Of a DNA stretch of 38,777 bases, positions 34,575-38,777 are shown piece by piece. The stretch is from an uncultured Gammaproteobacteria bacterium (lineage in GTDB: Bacteria > Patescibacteriota > Microgenomatia > Daviesbacterales > UBA10151): contig CAZZHC010000002.1 of NCBI GenBank assembly GCA_964653745.1, forward strand, positions 1-38,777, given 5' to 3'. Made by a program: the position numbers and the translations under genes. Under the pieces are notes generated by a model. The model saw nothing but the letters and a program-made list of their open reading frames with translations. It had not been told where the DNA came from and made no database searches. Positions within the stretch are counted from its first letter, which is position 1. Every line of letters begins with the position of its first letter.

Positions 34575-35410
34575 TGACTAAAATAGCTGATTTACAGACA
34601 AAATGTGATCCAACCTGGTGTCCGGGTTGTGGTAACTTTGGCATCTGGGGAGCTTTTAGAAATGCTGCTGTTTTAAACGGTTGGGATAATACCAACACAG
34701 TGTTGACAGCCGGAATTGGTTGCCACAGCCACATCTTAAATTTTGTTAAACTTACTTCTTTTGAGGGATTACATGGACGGGCTATTCCTGTGGCCACTGG
34801 TATCAAAATTGCCCGCCCCAATTTAAATGTTTTTGTTTTTACCGGAGATGGTGATTGTTTGGGGGAAGGCGGTAACCATTTTTTGCATGCTTGCAGGAGA
34901 AACCATAATTTAACTGTAATATTGCATGATAATGCTATCTATGGTTTAACTACCGGTCAAACCTCACCCACTTCCCCTTTAGATTTTAAATCCAAATCAA
35001 CTCCCTTTGGTAATTTAGATCAGCCAATTTCTCCGGTTACCTTGGCTATTGCTGCCGGGGCTACTTTTGTAGCCAGGGGTTATGCACCGGACATTCCAAA
35101 ATTAACAGAGCTGATTACTTTGGCCAACAACCATAAGGGGTTGGCAGTAATTGATGTTTTGCAACCTTGTGTAACATTCAATCACCGGTACACTCATCAA
35201 TATTACCAGGCCAATACCTATTATTTGGGCAAAGACCATGATATTAAAAATAAAGAAGCAGCTTTTAAAAAATCTTTGGAGTGGGGAGAAAAACAAATCC
35301 CTTTGGGGATTTTTTATCAAGTTGAAAAACCTTCTTATGAAGAGCAACTTCCCAAACTGGATCAAAAAAATTTAACTAATCTGGAAGAGCTATTGAAAGA
35401 GTATATTTAA
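34574..35410 (+). CDS. 2-oxoacid:ferredoxin oxidoreductase, beta (TPP-binding) subunit
   Basis: TWCPGCGNFGI, VFTGDGDCLGEGGNHF and NAIYGLTTGQ. The ATG overlaps the alpha-subunit stop. Confidence 0.9.
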   Translation: MTKIADLQTKCDPTWCPGCGNFGIWGAFRNAAVLNGWDNTNTVLTAGIGCHSHILNFVKLTSFEGLHGRAIPVATGIKIARPNLNVFVFTGDGDCLGEGGNHFLHACRRNHNLTVILHDNAIYGLTTGQTSPTSPLDFKSKSTPFGNLDQPISPVTLAIAAGATFVARGYAPDIPKLTELITLANNHKGLAVIDVLQPCVTFNHRYTHQYYQANTYYLGKDHDIKNKEAAFKKSLEWGEKQIPLGIFYQVEKPSYEEQLPKLDQKNLTNLEELLKEYI

Positions 35411-35413
35411 AAA

Positions 35414-35659
35414 ATGGCTGATAAAGTAGTTACCATTGGTAAATATAAAATTCAGGTTATCAGAGACTTATGTATTGGAGCAGCTACTTGTGTGGCAATT
35501 TCTCCTCCTGTTTTTCAAATGGATAAGGAAAATAAAGCAGTGACTTTAGAAGGGGGAGCTGATATCCCGGAAAATATTTTAGCAGCTGCCCAGTCTTGTC
35601 CCACAAAGGCAATTATAATTATTGATAGCAAAACAGGCGAGCAGGTCTGGCCGAAATGA
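35414..35659 (+). CDS. small single-cluster ferredoxin (CxxxxxC...CP type)
   Basis: 81 aa. DLCIGAATCVAISPPVF...AAQSCPTKAI matches the Fer4_13/15-like 3Fe-4S/4Fe-4S ferredoxin pattern. Confidence 0.8.
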   Translation: MADKVVTIGKYKIQVIRDLCIGAATCVAISPPVFQMDKENKAVTLEGGADIPENILAAAQSCPTKAIIIIDSKTGEQVWPK

Positions 35660-35672
35660 TATAATCAAAACA

Positions 35673-36464
35673 ATGGATCAAACTTCAATAAATCAATTAC
35701 TTAATTTATCTGGCAAAACTGTCATTGTGACGGGTGGTGCAGCTGGGATTGGTTTGGGAATTTCTACTAGGCTTGCAGAAGCTCACGCCAATCTAGTAAT
35801 TGCTGATTTATCAGAAGAAGACTCTGGCAAAGCTGTCCAGGAATTTACGAATAAAGGATGGAAAGTAAAAGCAGTTAGGGCTGATATATCTTTGGAAGAT
35901 GATGTTAAAAATTTAGTTTCAGAAACTCTAAAAGAATTTGGGTCAGTTGATATTTTGGTCAACAATGCCGGAATTTATCCTTCAATACCTGTTTCTAAAA
36001 TGACCTTTGATGATTTTGATAAAATTTTGGCTGTAAATTTGGAGGGAGTATTTTTAACTACCAAATATGCTTCAGAACAAATGATTGCTCAAGGCAAGGG
36101 TGGGAAAATAATCAACATTACCTCAATTGATGCCATTCACCCTTCAATGGTGGGACTGGCAGCTTATGATGCTTCCAAACATGGGTTGTGGGGTTTTACT
36201 AAAAATTCTGCTTTGGAGCTTGCTCCCCATAAAATTTGGGTTAATGCCATAGCACCGGGAGGGATTGCCACCCCGGGGGTAGCAAAGATGCAAAGTGGTG
36301 CGCCGTCTTCTCAAGAAGTGGAAAATTTTATGTCTAAAATCCCCATGCACAGGATGGGGGAGCCGGATGATATTGGCAAGGTAGCACTCTTTTTGGCGTC
36401 TGATTTATCTTCCTATATGACAGGCAGTCAAATAGTGGTTGATGGTGGAGCACTTCTTTCTTAA
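35673..36464 (+). CDS. short-chain dehydrogenase/reductase (classical SDR)
   Basis: GKTVIVTGGAAGIGLGI, NNAG and YDASKHG (YxxxK). ATG 35673 is preferred to ORF-track 35622, which overlaps the ferredoxin gene. Confidence 0.9.
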   Translation: MDQTSINQLLNLSGKTVIVTGGAAGIGLGISTRLAEAHANLVIADLSEEDSGKAVQEFTNKGWKVKAVRADISLEDDVKNLVSETLKEFGSVDILVNNAGIYPSIPVSKMTFDDFDKILAVNLEGVFLTTKYASEQMIAQGKGGKIINITSIDAIHPSMVGLAAYDASKHGLWGFTKNSALELAPHKIWVNAIAPGGIATPGVAKMQSGAPSSQEVENFMSKIPMHRMGEPDDIGKVALFLASDLSSYMTGSQIVVDGGALLS

Positions 36465-36970
36465 TGGAAAAAAAGATTTTAATAGTCATCATTGTTTTTG
36501 TAGTTTTAGCTGCCCTGGTTTATCTACAACTTTCTAATAATAAAGAAAATCCTAATACACAGCTACTTGGCCAAGTTAATTTCCCCACCGCCTCTTCTCA
36601 AACTTCAACTTCTACCACCACTACTCCTAGTCCTACTGTAACTGTTAATCAATTGCAAATGGCAGATATTAAAATTGGTACCGGTTCGGCAGTTAAGTCG
36701 GGAGACACCGTTAAAATTAATTACGCGGGAACTTTAACAAATGGTCAAAAATTTGATAGCTCTTATGATCGGGGACAACCTTTTGAAACACAAATTGGGG
36801 TAGGAAAAGTTATCAAAGGTTGGGATTTAGGAGTTATAGGGATGAAGGTAGGAGGAAAAAGAAGGTTAATTATTCCACCAGATTTGGGTTATGGGGAAAA
36901 AGGTGTTGGGGGAGTTATCCCTCCCAATGCCACCCTGGTTTTTGACCTGGAACTTTTAGAAATTAAATAG
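36464..36970 (+). CDS. FKBP-type peptidyl-prolyl isomerase with N-terminal membrane anchor and S/T-rich linker
   Basis: YAGTLTNGQKFDSSYDRGQPFETQIGVGKVIKGWDLGVIGMKVGGKRRLIIPPDLGYG...LVFDLELLEI. Confidence 0.92.
   Translation: MEKKILIVIIVFVVLAALVYLQLSNNKENPNTQLLGQVNFPTASSQTSTSTTTTPSPTVTVNQLQMADIKIGTGSAVKSGDTVKINYAGTLTNGQKFDSSYDRGQPFETQIGVGKVIKGWDLGVIGMKVGGKRRLIIPPDLGYGEKGVGGVIPPNATLVFDLELLEIK
36942..36970 (+). repeat. direct repeat copy 1 (functional 3' end of the FKBP gene)
   Basis: ttgacctggaacttttagaaattaaatag. 27 of 29 nt are identical to 38456-38484. Confidence 0.9.
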
Positions 36971-36991
36971 ACCTAATCTCTATTTGACGTG

Positions 36992-37000
36992 TGCTATACT
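36992..37000 (+). promoter_or_regulatory. extended -10-like element tgctatact, 7 nt before the ATG at 37007 (possible leaderless mRNA)
   Basis: TGnTATACT inside the insert. ttgacg lies at 36984-36989, which is too close to serve as a -35. Confidence 0.4.
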
Positions 37001-37006
37001 ACTTTT

Positions 37007-38386
37007 ATGTCCGAGGGTTCCTTTTCACCAGAATTACCTAAAGAACAAAAAGCAGCAATCCGTGAATTTACCAAATCTACTCCAGAAGGTAGACAAGCTA
37101 GGAATGATGCTGCCGAAGATATCCTTGGTCAAAGAAGTGAAGCCAGACAATCGCGGCAAAAACAAAGAGATTATTTAATAGATAGACAAACAGATAACCA
37201 ACAAAACCGGGCAGATGCAGAAGCAAAAAAGGTAGAGGCAGAAAATCGGCTTTTATACTTAAAAGCTGAATTGGTTGACAGGTCTACATCCTGGCTTGCG
37301 CGGGCACGCGCATTGGTTAGTAGGAGTTTTAGAGAAGAAGCTTGGAAGCTACAAAAACAACTACCTGAACTTGAATACGGCCTGGAGAGACAAAATATGT
37401 CTCTGAAGATACAACGGGAAACTTATCAACGAGAGTTGTTTGTTTTAGAAAAGAAATTTAATGAACTTTCTCGGTGGCATAAAACTCATCCACTTGTTGG
37501 TAAAAAAACTTTACAAAAGTTTTATGGGCAACAATGGGGCTTACTTAAAGATCAACGACAATCTTTAGAAGAACAAAGACAAAAGGCAGAACTTGAACGT
37601 TACAAACAAGAGCATGGCACTGTAGCAGAAGTTACAGATAGATATCAAGGTTATATTGTCCACGGTATAACTCCAGGATTTGGTGGTGCTAATAACATGG
37701 TGTTAGAAGATACGGCTAGCTGGGCAGATAAATTGATGGTTATTGTGGCTGAACGACCACCTCTTTCTGCCTCATTTGTTAAAAAAGGCAATGGTCCCCA
37801 GCACTTATGGAGCCCAATAGGTGTTGTGATTCAAAGCGGTATTATAGCTGAAGCAGAGGGTGGAGATTTAGGATCATTGGCGGTGGACAAAAAGACTAAA
37901 AAAGGGAAGGACCCGAAAAATATTATGAGGTATCAACAAAGTTTAGAAAGAGCCGTAGCAAAAAATAATGCTCATATATCTTCGGGTTGGCATAATGAAG
38001 TAATTTTAGAATTTGGACTCAAAGTAGGTGGAGTCTATATTAATTTAGATCAAGGTGGAGATACTATTTTTGACAATAAGGGAATGAGATTTGAATCCGG
38101 AAACCTCAAGCGTGCTGCAGGTGGTACTGGTGAAATTATAAACCGGCTTGATAGAATTGAATATGAAGATATTTATGAGACTGCAAGTATTGTCGGTTTA
38201 CCTGTTGTTGTTTTGAAAAATGGCATTTTGTATGAAAGTTCATATGACCCAACTCGAGGGTTAACTGTGGGGAGAGAATTATCCCCTAGAGAAATCACCG
38301 CCAGCCCAACAGAGATTCCAAATGAAAATATACCAGGGGTACAAAAAAGAGCAAACTCTGTTTTAAAGACTGTAGCAGTTTATTAA
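37007..38386 (+). CDS. hypothetical protein: ~210-aa coiled-coil N-terminal half plus ~245-aa unrecognised globular C-terminal domain
   Basis: Uninterrupted ORF of 459 aa from ATG 37007 (track start GTG 36989). The N-terminal half is rich in R, Q, E and K with heptad-like periodicity. The C-terminal half (GYIVHGITPGFGGANNM...GGDLGS...GGTGEI) matches no family I recognise. Confidence 0.65.
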   Translation: MSEGSFSPELPKEQKAAIREFTKSTPEGRQARNDAAEDILGQRSEARQSRQKQRDYLIDRQTDNQQNRADAEAKKVEAENRLLYLKAELVDRSTSWLARARALVSRSFREEAWKLQKQLPELEYGLERQNMSLKIQRETYQRELFVLEKKFNELSRWHKTHPLVGKKTLQKFYGQQWGLLKDQRQSLEEQRQKAELERYKQEHGTVAEVTDRYQGYIVHGITPGFGGANNMVLEDTASWADKLMVIVAERPPLSASFVKKGNGPQHLWSPIGVVIQSGIIAEAEGGDLGSLAVDKKTKKGKDPKNIMRYQQSLERAVAKNNAHISSGWHNEVILEFGLKVGGVYINLDQGGDTIFDNKGMRFESGNLKRAAGGTGEIINRLDRIEYEDIYETASIVGLPVVVLKNGILYESSYDPTRGLTVGRELSPREITASPTEIPNENIPGVQKRANSVLKTVAVY

Positions 38387-38455
38387 AAATAAGTCCATGT
38401 CAACTTTTAAATCTAATAATCTTATTATCATACCGAGCTTGCCTAAGTGCCAGAA

Positions 38456-38484
38456 TTGACCTGGAACTTTTAAAAATTAAATAA
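38456..38484 (+). repeat. direct repeat copy 2 (relic FKBP 3' end)
   Basis: ttgacctggaacttttaaaaattaaataa would read DLELLKIK* against DLELLEIK* in the gene. Weaker similarity extends about 12 nt upstream (cctaagtgcca vs cccaatgcca). Confidence 0.9.
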
Positions 38485-38529
38485 AGGCTGTAATTAAACG
38501 TGTTATTACCAGGACTTGAATAAATCGTT

Positions 38530-38558
38530 AGTTCGGTTTATAATAGATAAACCGTACT
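38530..38558. promoter_or_regulatory. imperfect palindrome enclosing a TATAAT box upstream of fic
   Basis: cggtttat-aatag-ataaaccg (8-bp stem, 38534-38554), extendable with one mismatch. tataat lies at 38539-38544, 30 nt before ATG 38574. Confidence 0.4.
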
Positions 38559-38573
38559 TAGCTATTTTTAAGT

Positions 38574-38777
38574 ATGGGCAAAAATATGAGTAAAATAGGA
38601 CAATATATAAAACAGCCCAAGAATTATCGGGCTTTTATACCTACTCATTTTCCGGATCATAATTTAATTATTTGGGACGATGATTTACATGTACTTCTTT
38701 CAGAGGCAGATATGGCAATCGGTAAATTGAATGCTATTGACGAATTGGTCCCCGACGTTGATTTTTTTATCCTCATG
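38574..38777 (+). CDS. Fic-family protein, N-terminal (Fic_N) part; 3' end outside window
   Basis: Manual translation gives MGKNMSKIGQYIKQPKNYRAFIPTHFPDHNLIIWDDDLHVLLSEADMAIGKLNAIDELVPDVDFFILM. It fits the Fic_N pattern (Y.AFIP..LP....L..LL.EA...LG.L......P....F). The start could also be ATG 38586. Confidence 0.75.
   Translation, partial: MGKNMSKIGQYIKQPKNYRAFIPTHFPDHNLIIWDDDLHVLLSEADMAIGKLNAIDELVPDVDFFILM

Noticed and set aside
1-38777. A search by eye for tRNA, rRNA, tmRNA, CRISPR arrays, IS elements, integrases and transposases.
   Set aside because: No cloverleaf-like GC-rich ~75-nt segments, no rRNA-like non-coding stretches, no arrays of regular repeats and no recombinase-like ORFs were found. 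All gaps longer than 100 nt are accounted for in the features above.

Overview
This window comes from an AT-rich (roughly 38-40% GC by eye), very gene-dense bacterium using the standard genetic code. The gene content fits a small-genome Candidate Phyla Radiation/Patescibacteria-type organism: there is no L30 gene between rpsE and rplO, adenylate kinase is the short form, and the energy genes are fermentative. Layout: (1) 1-18.8 kb holds the 3' end of tuf followed by the S10-spc-alpha ribosomal super-operon (rpsJ through rpsI, including secY, adk, map, infA, rpmJ, rpoA). (2) 18.8-20.7 kb holds three small or membrane proteins. (3) 20.7-25.1 kb is a minus-strand operon: GDE-like glucosidase, GT4 glycosyltransferase, TsaC, a PAP2 membrane protein and a bPH-like protein. 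(4) 25.2-37.0 kb is one long plus-strand lower-glycolysis/fermentation operon: ppsA, eno, a formyltransferase-like gene, gpmA, an ADP-forming acyl-CoA synthetase fused to an FNR-like reductase, a two-subunit 2-oxoacid:ferredoxin oxidoreductase, ferredoxin, an SDR and an FKBP. (5) 37.0-38.8 kb holds an orphan 460-aa coiled-coil protein and the start of a Fic gene. Main points for follow-up: (a) The normally invariant rpsJ-rplC junction is split by a 2.46-kb island. The island carries an Hsp70-fold NBD-only ATPase, a stand-alone sigma-70 region-4 protein, an island-specific family of GC-rich hairpin repeats, and a new promoter plus a structured, terminator-containing leader for rplC. (b) The last 21 codons of rpsJ occur twice, 49 nt apart, with identical amino acids but almost every synonymous site changed. 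(c) A second case of the same theme: the 3' end of the FKBP gene is repeated (27/29 nt) on the far side of a 1.5-kb single-gene insert. (d) ppsA carries an exactly 57-nt in-frame insertion bounded by TCG repeats and containing a hairpin followed directly by an in-frame TAA. (e) The ACD-FNR fusion sits next to OFOR and ferredoxin. No tRNA, rRNA, CRISPR array, transposase or integrase was recognised.
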